NCBI GenBank assembly: GCA_964394925.1
Contig: CAYMZG010000001.1
Span: 131,656 to 195,655 of the forward strand
Direction of reading: 5' to 3'
Length of the DNA: 64,000 nt
DNA from: an uncultured Candidatus Saccharibacteria bacterium
Lineage (GTDB): Bacteria > Patescibacteriota > Saccharimonadia > Saccharimonadales > CAYLGV01
Shown: in pieces, positions 20,583 to 31,465 of the stretch
Position numbering within the stretch: position 1 is the first letter of the stretch
Layout: each line of letters opens with the position of its first letter
Position numbers and translations under genes: made by a program
The notes under the pieces: generated by a model
What the model saw: only the letters and a program-made list of their open reading frames with translations
Told to the model about the DNA's origin: nothing
Databases searched by the model: none

Positions 20583-20611
20583 AATTTAACACGCTTGTGC
20601 ATAGCAGGCAA
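20583..20611 (-). promoter_or_regulatory. promoter of paralog 2 (TTGCCT-17-TGtTAAATT, extended -10)
   Basis: On the minus strand, TTGCCT is at 20611..20606 and TAAATT at 20588..20583, preceded by TGT. The block AAGCGTGnTA is shared with the promoter at 22114..22143. Confidence 0.45.
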
Positions 20612-20764
20612 GCGTAATTGTTATGGTTTTTTCCACAGTTTGTATCTGAAGCCGAGAGAACACTAGTCATATCTTGCACTGATCTTGCTGCTCTTCTTGG
20701 TTTTATTCGGTGCAGATTCGTAGCTTTTTACGCAACAGTATGCATAGTGCGTTGGGGGATATAC

Positions 20765-20792
20765 AAAAAACACCCCTCACAGTTGAGGGGTG
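20765..20792 (-). terminator. rho-independent terminator after paralog 1
   Basis: CACCCCTCA-CAGT-TGAGGGGTG (20771..20792), followed on the minus strand by TTTTTT (20770..20765). Confidence 0.8.
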
Positions 20793-20843
20793 TTTAATCC
20801 GTTTAAACTAAACTATGTAGTCCGTGTTGTTTCGTCGTATATC

Positions 20844-22064
20844 TTAATAGTTACCCGTTGCAATGAATGTCAACGTACTGGTGTAAATACCTGGCTCAGT
20901 CGTGTTACTGATGTTACCAAGGAAAGCGAGGACACCCGTTGAGAAGTCACCTGCTGTCTTGTTAGCAATCGTAGCACCGTATGTGCTCAGGAAGTTATTG
21001 TTAGACGTTGTTACATCGTAAGCAAACGTGGCTGATCCAGCTGCGTCCATACCAGTTGTAACCGAACTGCAGTTACCGCTGTTGTAGGGAGATGCTGGTG
21101 TCAAAGTTGTTGAGGCACCTGCACCACCACCGCTGGCACGGTAGGTACAAAGACCGAACTGTTCACCACCAACAGAACTGGCTGCTGCTGTTGCTCCAAC
21201 TGCGTCGATCGTAAAGCTACCCGATGTAAGGGTTGTGCCTTTTGCGCGAATAGTAACACCATTCGATGCGTTCGTCGCGACATCGTACTTCGCATCGGTA
21301 TTGGTGTAACTGTGGCCTGGATCAAGCACACCTGTAGTGGCATCACCGAGCACAACCGGGTTAGTTGTTGATGTACCAGTACAGTTTGCCTGAATAGCTG
21401 AAGTGTACACACAGAATGTCAAGCGCTCTTGAACCTTCGACTGAACAGTAATTTGATCAGCGGTGCTGAGAGCAATACCACCAGCTTCCGTTGGGGTACC
21501 GATTGCACTTGGTGTGTAGTTCGTTGCGTCAGTTGTTGTTGAATAGGCGTAGATACGCGCATAGTACGTGTGGTTGCTGGTTGATGGGTTGGTCACGTTG
21601 TTAATTGTAAAGTTAACTTGTGTACCACCACCGCCTTGACCACCACTGGTCAGTGAGTTACCGCTTGAGTCGGTCAAGATGAGTGTTCGGTTGCTGTTTG
21701 CTACCGTAGCACCACTTGTCCAAGTACCGCCAGAAATACCACTAACTGTACTTACAGAGTTCGAAGCAATACTGAAGCCGGTTGGCTTTGTACAGGTCGT
21801 ATCGCCGATGATTGGCGTCTCTTCACAGAAATCCACTACAATACCCTTTATGGTATAGGTGGATCCTGAGTTCGAGTACCAAGACACGTTATACGTCGTA
21901 CCCGTATTGCTGGCCTTCGAACTGTCCATCTTAATTTCGCGGTGATCTGGCAAGGTGTACGCCGATGCCATATTCCGCACTAAGACCGGTACGATGCTGG
22001 CAAGCAGTAAAACTGCAGCCAAGGCAAAGAACATAGGCCTCTTTAATATAGAGTTTCTTGTCAT
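20844..22064 (-). CDS. secreted Thr/Ser/Gly-rich surface subunit, paralog 1 (406 aa)
   Basis: Signal peptide (..MASA|Y). FCEETPIIGDTTCTKPTGF, EQFGLCTYRA and a C-terminus identical to paralog 2 (EPGIYTSTLTFIATGNY-COOH). Confidence 0.75.
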   Translation of the reverse strand: MTRNSILKRPMFFALAAVLLLASIVPVLVRNMASAYTLPDHREIKMDSSKASNTGTTYNVSWYSNSGSTYTIKGIVVDFCEETPIIGDTTCTKPTGFSIASNSVSTVSGISGGTWTSGATVANSNRTLILTDSSGNSLTSGGQGGGGTQVNFTINNVTNPSTSNHTYYARIYAYSTTTDATNYTPSAIGTPTEAGGIALSTADQITVQSKVQERLTFCVYTSAIQANCTGTSTTNPVVLGDATTGVLDPGHSYTNTDAKYDVATNASNGVTIRAKGTTLTSGSFTIDAVGATAAASSVGGEQFGLCTYRASGGGAGASTTLTPASPYNSGNCSSVTTGMDAAGSATFAYDVTTSNNNFLSTYGATIANKTAGDFSTGVLAFLGNISNTTEPGIYTSTLTFIATGNY

Positions 22065-22113
22065 GGATTTCTCCTTAATATCAGCTGATTTTTATTTTTG
22101 TAATTACGGTCTG

Positions 22114-22143
22114 ACTGTATCACGCTTATGTATTAGGGGTCAA
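22114..22143 (-). promoter_or_regulatory. promoter of paralog 1 (TTGACC-18-TGaTACAGT, extended -10)
   Basis: On the minus strand, TTGACC is at 22143..22138 and TACAGT at 22119..22114, preceded by TGA. Confidence 0.4.
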
Positions 22144-22199
22144 GTAACATTTTCTAGGGTTATCCACAGGAAGCTACGCAATGTCATAGATGAGATGAA

Positions 22200-22949
22200 T
22201 TAGTAGGTTGCAGTGGCTACAAGATTGTGGACAAATGTATACTGCCCTGACTTGGTGACATTATTGATATTAAAGATATAGGAAATCGTGTAGGCAGTGA
22301 TGCTGGTACTCTTAGTAGAGAGCGCAATGGTGTCATTCTTGGCATATTTAAATTGATTTGCCGTATTGTAGCCGGTGGCGGCCTGTCCAAATGAGAAGGT
22401 ACTGTCTGGCACTTGTGATGGGTCTGCCCCCAAGTCGCAGCTAACACCACAGAAATTGGTGTTCTTGACGACATTAATACCAAACTGTTCTGTGCCTGGT
22501 GACGAAGCGGTCGGTGAAGCCAGTGGCGTAAGTTGCGCACCGCCAGATGTGTTAGTGGGCGGATCAGATACGGTGCGGACCACATACCCCCCGCTGTTCC
22601 AGGCACGAACGTTAAAAGTACCTGTAGCGGTCTTGACGGTTGATGTATCGAGATAACCCAGATCAATGTTATTCCCCGTTACCACGAACTCAATAAAGGG
22701 ATCGTCGTTTGTATTAAAGCCCGCCTGGGCACAATACGATGTGCTACAAATATTACCGACGCCTAGCTCACCTGCTGATTGCTTTGAACAATACGAACTG
22801 GAGCAGGAATTTAATTCACCGCCGCTTCCGAAGAAGGTTTGATCAACTTTATAGTTTGTAGACGATGAAGACTGCGCAAACACCGGCGCAGGCACAAACA
22901 GCAGCGAGATAGCTGCTACAAGAAACCGCCACTTTTTGTTTCCACTCAT
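22200..22949 (-). CDS. secreted small surface subunit (249 aa), distant relative of paralogs 1-3
   Basis: Signal peptide (..PVFA|Q), Cys-rich N-part (CSSSYCSKQ..CSTSYCAQ), EQFGINVV, C-terminal strand GQYTFVHNLVATATY-COOH. Confidence 0.65.
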   Translation of the reverse strand: MSGNKKWRFLVAAISLLFVPAPVFAQSSSSTNYKVDQTFFGSGGELNSCSSSYCSKQSAGELGVGNICSTSYCAQAGFNTNDDPFIEFVVTGNNIDLGYLDTSTVKTATGTFNVRAWNSGGYVVRTVSDPPTNTSGGAQLTPLASPTASSPGTEQFGINVVKNTNFCGVSCDLGADPSQVPDSTFSFGQAATGYNTANQFKYAKNDTIALSTKSTSITAYTISYIFNINNVTKSGQYTFVHNLVATATY

Positions 22950-23054
22950 AGCTAGCTATATTTTGCCCCAAAAACGACTTTCATGCAATCTGTTTATGTT
23001 TTCACACTATCCGTAGTATCATACATAGGAGTATAGACATAAGCAGTATATTGA

Positions 23055-24008
23055 ATGGAAAATCAGTCTCAAAACGAAGACGAGCTGAACTCTTTGGAGG
23101 CACCAGACACGGTAGCTACCGAGACGAAGGTCGACCAACCCGGAGATAAAAAGCCAAAGAAAAAGGGTGGCGGTATTAAGGGTCTCATTAGTCACCTTAA
23201 TATATACCTACTCTTGTTTATTTTAATTGTGGTTATTGTGGCTGGTTTTACGCTAATTAGTATTCAGAAGAATAAAAAAGAGTCTGCCACGCCAAGCGTG
23301 CAAACACAACAACTCACTGCAGATGATATTAAGAAGTTGGGCGGCAATGATGCGGCTGTAGGTGATGCCAAACAAACCCTTACGGTTGCTTCGAATGCCA
23401 TATTCAATGGCAAAGTATTAATTCGTGACAGTCTCGACATTGCAGGGGGTATAAAAGTTGGTGGCTCACTGAACCTGCCTGGCATTACTGTTGCTGGCAC
23501 GAGTAGCTTCGATCAGATTCAAGGTAATAAATTGTCGATTGCCGGTGACGCCAGTGTTCAGGGCCAATTAACCATACAGAAAGGCATTACGGTAACTGGC
23601 GGCGCTAGTTTTGGAGCACCAATCACAGCACCCCAAATATCTGTCCAGAACTTCCAGTTAACAGGCGATATCCAACTTCAGCGCCACATTGACGCCGGAG
23701 GAGCCACGCCAGGACAATCAGCTGGCTCAGCGCTCGGGTCTGGCGGTACGGTCAGTGTAAGCGGCACCGATACGGCAGGCACTGTTACTGTCAACACGGG
23801 CGGCAGCCCGGGTGTCGGTTGTTTTGCAACCATTACTTTCAGTCAAAAGTTCAACTCCACGGCGCACGTTGTGGTTACACCAGTTGGCTCGGCAGCCGGT
23901 GGCTTAAACTTCTACGTTAATCGTACAAACAGCAACTTCCAGATCTGCACCACCAACCCTGCTCCTGGTGGCAGCAGTTTTAGCTTCGACTACATCGCCA
24001 TCGACTAG
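23055..24008 (+). CDS. N-in membrane-anchored protein with a repetitive beta-helix-like ectodomain
   Basis: 317 aa. TM is LNIYLLLFILIVVIVAGFTLISI. It is followed by degenerate G/V/T-rich repeats of about 20 aa (IAGGIKVGGSLNLPGITVAGTSSF..LSIAGDASVQGQLTIQKGITVTGGASF). Divergent from the 249-aa gene. Confidence 0.65.
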   Translation: MENQSQNEDELNSLEAPDTVATETKVDQPGDKKPKKKGGGIKGLISHLNIYLLLFILIVVIVAGFTLISIQKNKKESATPSVQTQQLTADDIKKLGGNDAAVGDAKQTLTVASNAIFNGKVLIRDSLDIAGGIKVGGSLNLPGITVAGTSSFDQIQGNKLSIAGDASVQGQLTIQKGITVTGGASFGAPITAPQISVQNFQLTGDIQLQRHIDAGGATPGQSAGSALGSGGTVSVSGTDTAGTVTVNTGGSPGVGCFATITFSQKFNSTAHVVVTPVGSAAGGLNFYVNRTNSNFQICTTNPAPGGSSFSFDYIAID

Positions 24009-24040
24009 CTGAACCCTCGATTCATTACATATATCTTGAA

Positions 24041-24100
24041 GGGGCTCGGCTTATATTGCCGGAGGAAAGCCAAGAACAATTGTTCTTCTGCGGCTTTCCG
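24041..24100 (+). repeat. 61-nt hairpin element, copy B
   Basis: GGGGCTCGGCTTATATTGCCGGAGGAAAGCCAAGAACAATTGTTCTTCTGCGGCTTTCCG. It folds as CCGG-AAAGCC-AAGAACAA/TTGTTCTT-GGCTTT-CCGG (24059..24101). It sits between the convergent 317-aa gene and atpC. Confidence 0.85.
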
Positions 24101-24123
24101 GACCCTGAAAGGTATATGTGTTC

Positions 24124-24447
24124 TTAGACGTCGAGGAAAACGATAACTTCGTCGGCTTTGACGTGCATGATGCCACGAGTAATAGTCACCCGCTCTTCTT
24201 GGTCATTATTGCGGACTACAATATCGCAAGCGCTCAATAATGTCATAAAGTTGTGGTGTTTTGGGAGGATATCAAATGGCCCCGTAGCATTCTCGGCCGA
24301 GATGCTTTCCGCTAAGCCATCAAAGTACGTCTTGAAGGGAGCATACACCTTAACATGCATGTGTTTACCATCAAGTTTTGGCTTAGTGGCAGCATTATCT
24401 TCAATAACAGCATCTATTGTAGCTGCTTCCGGCTCAGCATCTGCCAT
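24124..24447 (-). CDS. atpC: F1 ATP synthase epsilon subunit (beta-sandwich only, no C-terminal helices)
   Basis: 107 aa immediately downstream of atpD. Motif ISAENATGPFDILPKHHNFMTLL is typical of epsilon. Confidence 0.75.
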   Translation of the reverse strand: MADAEPEAATIDAVIEDNAATKPKLDGKHMHVKVYAPFKTYFDGLAESISAENATGPFDILPKHHNFMTLLSACDIVVRNNDQEERVTITRGIMHVKADEVIVFLDV

Positions 24448-24449
24448 GG

Positions 24450-26613
<2,164 letters not shown>

Positions 26614-26617
<4 letters not shown>

Positions 26618-28209
26618 GCTTTGGCCTCCGCAGGCTGTTTCTCTTCGGCCTTAGGTGCTTCGGGCTTTTCTTCCTTGCCAGCCTTGTCGTCTTTGCCATC
26701 CTTCTTATCGTCGGACTTATGATCAGTCTTTTCATCGGGCTTGGCAGTGTCACCTTCGGGCTTCTTCTCGGGTTCTGGGGCACCCTTAAGTGCCACTACC
26801 GCCTTAGCTTTCAGTTCGTCTCGCACCTGTTCAAACAACTCGTCGGCGGTAATCTTGGGTGCGTAATCGAGTACGTTTAACTTGAGGGCAGAAATGTCTA
26901 AGGTCTCACCTTCCTGCAAGTTTAGAATGATATCCAGCATGAGCTCTTGGGCGATAAACGAATAGGTGTCGGAAGGACTTTGTGTAATTGCCTCGAAGAT
27001 ATACTTACCGGTCTGCAGAGCTCGTTTGGCTTCGAGAGCAAGTTCAGAACCAAAGTGTGAAAACTCTTCAGCTTGACGGTAATCTGCCAATAATTTGAGC
27101 GTTTGTGCGGCCAGAGCTTTTTGCCGTTTGTTGTGGCCCACACCGCCAACACGGGTAACCGATAGACCGATGTTAATAGCCGGGCGGACACCATTACGGA
27201 AAATATCCATGTCGAGGATCCACTGACCATCGGTAATCGACATAATGTTGGTCGGCAAATACGCCGTTACGTCACCGCCGGCAGCGTGCACCAGCGGAAT
27301 ACTGGTCAGATGGGCGCTATTACTATCCAGACGCCCAGCACGCTCCAGTAGGCTTGAGTGAGCGTAGAACATATCACCAGGATAGGAGTCGCGACCCGGA
27401 CTCACACCACTCATCAAAGCCACTTCACGGTAAGCATGGGCATGAGCGGTAAGGTCGTCGTAAATAATAATCGTGTCTTGGGCTTTTTGCTGCCAGAGGT
27501 ATTCAGCCATAGCCACCCCAACATAAGGGGCAAGATAGCTCATAATGAGCGACTCGAACATGGTTGCTACAATCACCACAGCCTTCTTAAGGCCATCGTT
27601 TTCTTGCAGACGCGTGAGCAGTGTATCAACGTCGTCGCGCCGCTTGGCAATAAGCACGTACACCACCAGCTGGTCGGTATTCTTTTGGTTAATTGTGAGC
27701 TGGGTTACCAGAGTACTTTTGCCAGACTTAGCGTCACCAAGCAGCGCCATACGCTGACCACGCAACACAGGGAAGAATGAATCAATCGTCGTTACGCCGC
27801 TCTCGAGCTGCGTATCAAGTAACTTGCGGGTGTACAGGGGCGGTGCGGTGTTGAACACAGGCCACACGCCTTCGGCAGCAATTGGGCCTTTACCATCAAG
27901 TGGCTCACCCATCACACTCACTACTCGACCAATGAACTCCAGACCAACTTTACAGACGAGTTCTTGGTGTTGTACTACGGCTACCATACCAGTCCGAAGC
28001 GTTGTGCTACCAAGGTGCAGTACAATGACATGGTCTTCATTAACCTGATGCACAAAGCCCTTGCTGCCATCTTCAAACATTACAAGGGCATGGATGTTGC
28101 AAGGTTGTAAGCCGTGTACTTTGAGCAGAAAGCGGTCGACTGCAATAACTTCGCCGACCGGATTACCGGCAGCGACCAGTTTATCAAAATGTTGGTTGCC
28201 CGAGTTCAC
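26614..28209 (-). CDS. atpA: F1 ATP synthase alpha subunit with a C-terminal Lys/Glu/Pro-rich tail of about 54 aa
   Basis: Variant P-loop GDAKSGKST, plus [18 protein letters not shown] and [15 protein letters not shown]. The tail [17 protein letters not shown]...AEAKA has no counterpart in canonical alpha. Confidence 0.9.
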
Positions 28210-28766
28210 GCCTGAACCTCCGTGGCATCAGCAGCCGCAACTGCTTCGGGCACCGCATCACCTTCAGACTCAGCCTCTGGAATGCCACGCAGTTTATACA
28301 TAAGCAACCCGCGTTGCTCGGTAAACTGATGGCGCAGACTAAAATCAAAGAATCGGTTGGTGGTGCGCAGTACACAGCCTGCCCCAATACTGGGGTTCAA
28401 GCCAATTTGCAGAAGCACGAACGGATGTAATTGCTGCCTCATCCAGGTAATGAGGCGCTCCAAAAAAATCGGTGATGGATCATTATTGAAGCTAATGTGA
28501 ATGACTGGTGCCTTAGCACGGACAGCCTTGAGGAGATTTAGTAGCATGTCGCGATCATGCTCCTCAAGTAAGTTGAGTTTATTGGCATCAACCAGCTCCT
28601 CAAGCAGCTTGCTGGTCTTAGGTAGCTGCATGGGGGTACCCGTTTCTCGAATTGCCGCCTGGCGCAAAAAGTTATCGACTTGTTCTGTCTCAGTCAACAA
28701 ATGGCCTACATCGCTGTAGCCCACTATACTCATTGGCAACTGCAACTGAGAGCTATCAACTGCCAT
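28206..28766 (-). CDS. atpH: ATP synthase delta (OSCP)-like subunit
   Basis: Position between b and alpha. C-terminal pattern [26 protein letters not shown] resembles the delta signature (vdp.liGG..v..g....D.S.r..l). The N-terminal half is divergent. Confidence 0.6.
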   Translation of the reverse strand: MAVDSSQLQLPMSIVGYSDVGHLLTETEQVDNFLRQAAIRETGTPMQLPKTSKLLEELVDANKLNLLEEHDRDMLLNLLKAVRAKAPVIHISFNNDPSPIFLERLITWMRQQLHPFVLLQIGLNPSIGAGCVLRTTNRFFDFSLRHQFTEQRGLLMYKLRGIPEAESEGDAVPEAVAAADATEVQA

Positions 28767-29382
28767 TGGCTATATCCTCGAGAATGTCTTTTTTGTTTTC
28801 ATTTAACTCATTCAGCACATATTCAAGCTGGTCGTTCAGATCGATCTGGTTGCCAATCGCCGCCAACACATAGTGGTTAACAATGTCGGCCATGTTCTCC
28901 TCGAAGTGTTTCATCATGCGAGCCTTCTCGTTAGCCACCTCTTGCGCTAGTTGTTGGCCCATCAGCTTACGCTGCTCTTCGATTGTCTCCTGAGTCTTGC
29001 TGATCGACTCAATAGCCATTTGCTTGGCGTCGGTAATTGATTCCTCGTACTTGGCGAATTCTTCTTGCAACTTCTGGGTGATCTCATTCTTCATGTACTC
29101 GTTCAGCTGGCTGGTCGTTAAACGCAAGTCCTGCTGCAAGAACATGGCATTTTCACCGATAATTTTCTCGAAGTGCAACCGGCCGCGGTTTTTTAGTTCT
29201 TCGCGGAATTCATTGTTGAAGATGTGCTCAACGTCCTGTTCGGCCTGCGCCGTGAGCGGGTCACCATTAGCACCATGGCTCTTACCACCCCCGTTATTTT
29301 TCAGCTGAATGGCAACATAAATGAAGGCCAACGTGGTAGCGAACAAACTCGCCAGTATCGCTATTACCCCCCAAAGTTCCAT
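28756..29382 (-). CDS. atpF: ATP synthase b-like subunit (one N-terminal TM plus a long coiled coil)
   Basis: 208 aa. TM is WGVIAILASLFATTLAFIYVAI, followed by about 150 aa rich in E/K/Q heptad-like sequence. Overlaps atpH by 11 nt. Confidence 0.6.
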   Translation of the reverse strand: MELWGVIAILASLFATTLAFIYVAIQLKNNGGGKSHGANGDPLTAQAEQDVEHIFNNEFREELKNRGRLHFEKIIGENAMFLQQDLRLTTSQLNEYMKNEITQKLQEEFAKYEESITDAKQMAIESISKTQETIEEQRKLMGQQLAQEVANEKARMMKHFEENMADIVNHYVLAAIGNQIDLNDQLEYVLNELNENKKDILEDIANGS

Positions 29383-29398
29383 GTATACGTTCCCACCT

Positions 29399-30280
29399 TT
29401 ATACTCTTAGTATCAAATATACCCCAAAAACTCCCGTAACGAAAACGATTAATCCAGTTATGATTACCTGGAACATGCTACGAATGATCGATTTTTTACT
29501 GAGCGGGTTGCGACCGATCGAAATAATACCGCTGCGCACACCGCCGTACATGAGCGTGCCAGCCACGACCGTACAGATGCCAAATACCAAAACGCCCATG
29601 TAAACGCGGAATGGATTAACAGGCCGGCCAGCGATTGCGGTGGCAGCTTTCATGAGAAATTGTGGCACATTAGGCTCAGTTGCCTTGAGTAGTGGATTTT
29701 TAGCCACCCCAACATCCATTTGGACACGACCAATACTGACGCTGATCTTGTTGCCAGTACTGTCTTTGATGTCATTAGTACCAATAACGTCTTTCTTGCC
29801 ATCAAAATCAGTTATGGCTCGACCAATAATGTAGGCTTCTTTGTCACTAGCCTTCATGCCAATGCCCGATAATGCCGACGCGGTAATGTAGTCACCAGAT
29901 TTTATCGGACCGTTTTGTGTGCTGACCATTACATCGTAGCGGCCATTGGTAGCCACGAAGACCCGCTGCCCTGCGTTAGCAAGTGTTAACGGGGCATCAT
30001 TGGCAGCAACCACAACACCACGCATTCGCTCACCACTCTCTGTTGTTACAAGTTCAACCTTGGTTGGATCGTCTTTTTTTAGCATCACAATCATGCCACG
30101 CTGCAAACTAAGATCGGCGTTATAACCTTCGGTAACAGCCTGAGCACTTAAGGGGTGTTGCGTACTCACGACCACCAGAAAAACCAAGCCCAAGAAGGCT
30201 ACTATGCGCTGCCAGGATATATATTGTTTAATTTTTGTCTTGAACATGGTAATGGTTACATCTAGTAACCAGTATACCAA
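29399..30280 (-). CDS. hypothetical membrane protein (signal/TM, ectodomain of about 190 aa, C-terminal two-helix hairpin)
   Basis: 293-aa ORF 16 nt upstream of atpF, where the SD is AAGGTGG. The likely start is the internal ATG at 30247 (MFKTKIKQY). The C-terminal hairpin is ...VVAGTLMYGGVRSGIISIGRNPLSKKSIIRSMFQVIITGLIVFVTGVFGVYLILRV. Confidence 0.6.
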   Translation of the reverse strand: MVYWLLDVTITMFKTKIKQYISWQRIVAFLGLVFLVVVSTQHPLSAQAVTEGYNADLSLQRGMIVMLKKDDPTKVELVTTESGERMRGVVVAANDAPLTLANAGQRVFVATNGRYDVMVSTQNGPIKSGDYITASALSGIGMKASDKEAYIIGRAITDFDGKKDVIGTNDIKDSTGNKISVSIGRVQMDVGVAKNPLLKATEPNVPQFLMKAATAIAGRPVNPFRVYMGVLVFGICTVVAGTLMYGGVRSGIISIGRNPLSKKSIIRSMFQVIITGLIVFVTGVFGVYLILRV

Positions 30281-30281
30281 G

Positions 30282-31436
30282 TTACGTCAGTTTGGCTAGT
30301 GTTTTGACGGTGTCGTGGATCGCCTGTTCGGTTGTCTGCCGGCCCATTGTAAAACGCAGTGAGGCACGTGCTTCATCATCAGATAATCCAATGGCACGAA
30401 GAACATGCGAGGACTCCTCCTTGCTGGCGCTGCAAGCTGACCCGCTGGCCGCCTGAATACCTTCCTCGTCAAGGCCATACAGCAAACGCTCATTATCGGC
30501 TCCCGGGAGGGTAATGTGCACGTTATTTGGCAAACGATAGGCAAGCGAGCCATTCACTCGAACATTTGGCAGCTTTACTTCCAATTCATGCAGGAGCAGT
30601 TTTTGCAGCCCCTGCAACCGCTGCGCCTCCTGCTTACGAAGCTTATTGGCTTGCATCAAGGCCGCCGCAAAGCCGACAATACCTGCGACATTTTCGGTAC
30701 CACTACGACGATTAAGCTCCTGGCCACCGCCATATATTAGTGGTTCTAGGATTGTCCCCGTGGTAGCAATCAGTACCCCGCTCTGTTTCGGCCCGTATAT
30801 CTTACCGCCGTTAAGTGTCATGAAGTCGACACCCAAACGATGAACGTGCAAGTCTAAGTAGTTGGCCGCCTGGCAGGCGTCAGTGTGCAGATAGAGTGGT
30901 CGTTTGTTGCCGGCCGCCAATCGAGCCGCTCGAAGCTGTCGTATGCCAGCAGCTATCTCTTTGAGCGGCTGAATTGTGCCAATTTCGTTATTAGCATACA
31001 TAACGCTAACCAGAATGGTTTCATCATTGATAGCCGCCAGTATAGAGGCTGGCTCAACAATACCGCTTGGCTTCGGTGCCACTTCACTCACGCGCCAACC
31101 ATGTTCAGTAAGGGCCTGCATGGGTGCCAATATCGAATCATGCTCCAATGACGTAGTCACCAAATGGGTGCCTGGAAAACGACGTGCCACACCTTGCACA
31201 ACAAGGTTATTGGCCTCCGTACCACCTGCCGTAAAGATGACTTCGCTCGGCCGCACGCCCACTACCTGAGCAACCTGCGAGCGTGCTGCCTCGACGGCCT
31301 GATGCACTTTTTTGGCAGCCAGGTACTGCGCTGATGGATTATAAAACAGCTCTGTGAGAAACGGTTGCATAGCCGTCAGCACATCGGAATCGAGCGGGGT
31401 CGCCGCAGCGTAGTCAAAATAATGCGTTTTTACCAT
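30282..31436 (-). CDS. cysteine desulfurase (class V aminotransferase, IscS/NifS-like)
   Basis: PLP-lysine context TLNGGKIYGPKQSG and active-site Cys loop ASGSACSA, 384 aa. Confidence 0.85.
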   Translation of the reverse strand: MVKTHYFDYAAATPLDSDVLTAMQPFLTELFYNPSAQYLAAKKVHQAVEAARSQVAQVVGVRPSEVIFTAGGTEANNLVVQGVARRFPGTHLVTTSLEHDSILAPMQALTEHGWRVSEVAPKPSGIVEPASILAAINDETILVSVMYANNEIGTIQPLKEIAAGIRQLRAARLAAGNKRPLYLHTDACQAANYLDLHVHRLGVDFMTLNGGKIYGPKQSGVLIATTGTILEPLIYGGGQELNRRSGTENVAGIVGFAAALMQANKLRKQEAQRLQGLQKLLLHELEVKLPNVRVNGSLAYRLPNNVHITLPGADNERLLYGLDEEGIQAASGSACSASKEESSHVLRAIGLSDDEARASLRFTMGRQTTEQAIHDTVKTLAKLT

Positions 31437-31465
31437 GGCTACCCCTAGTATACTGGCCGTTTCGT

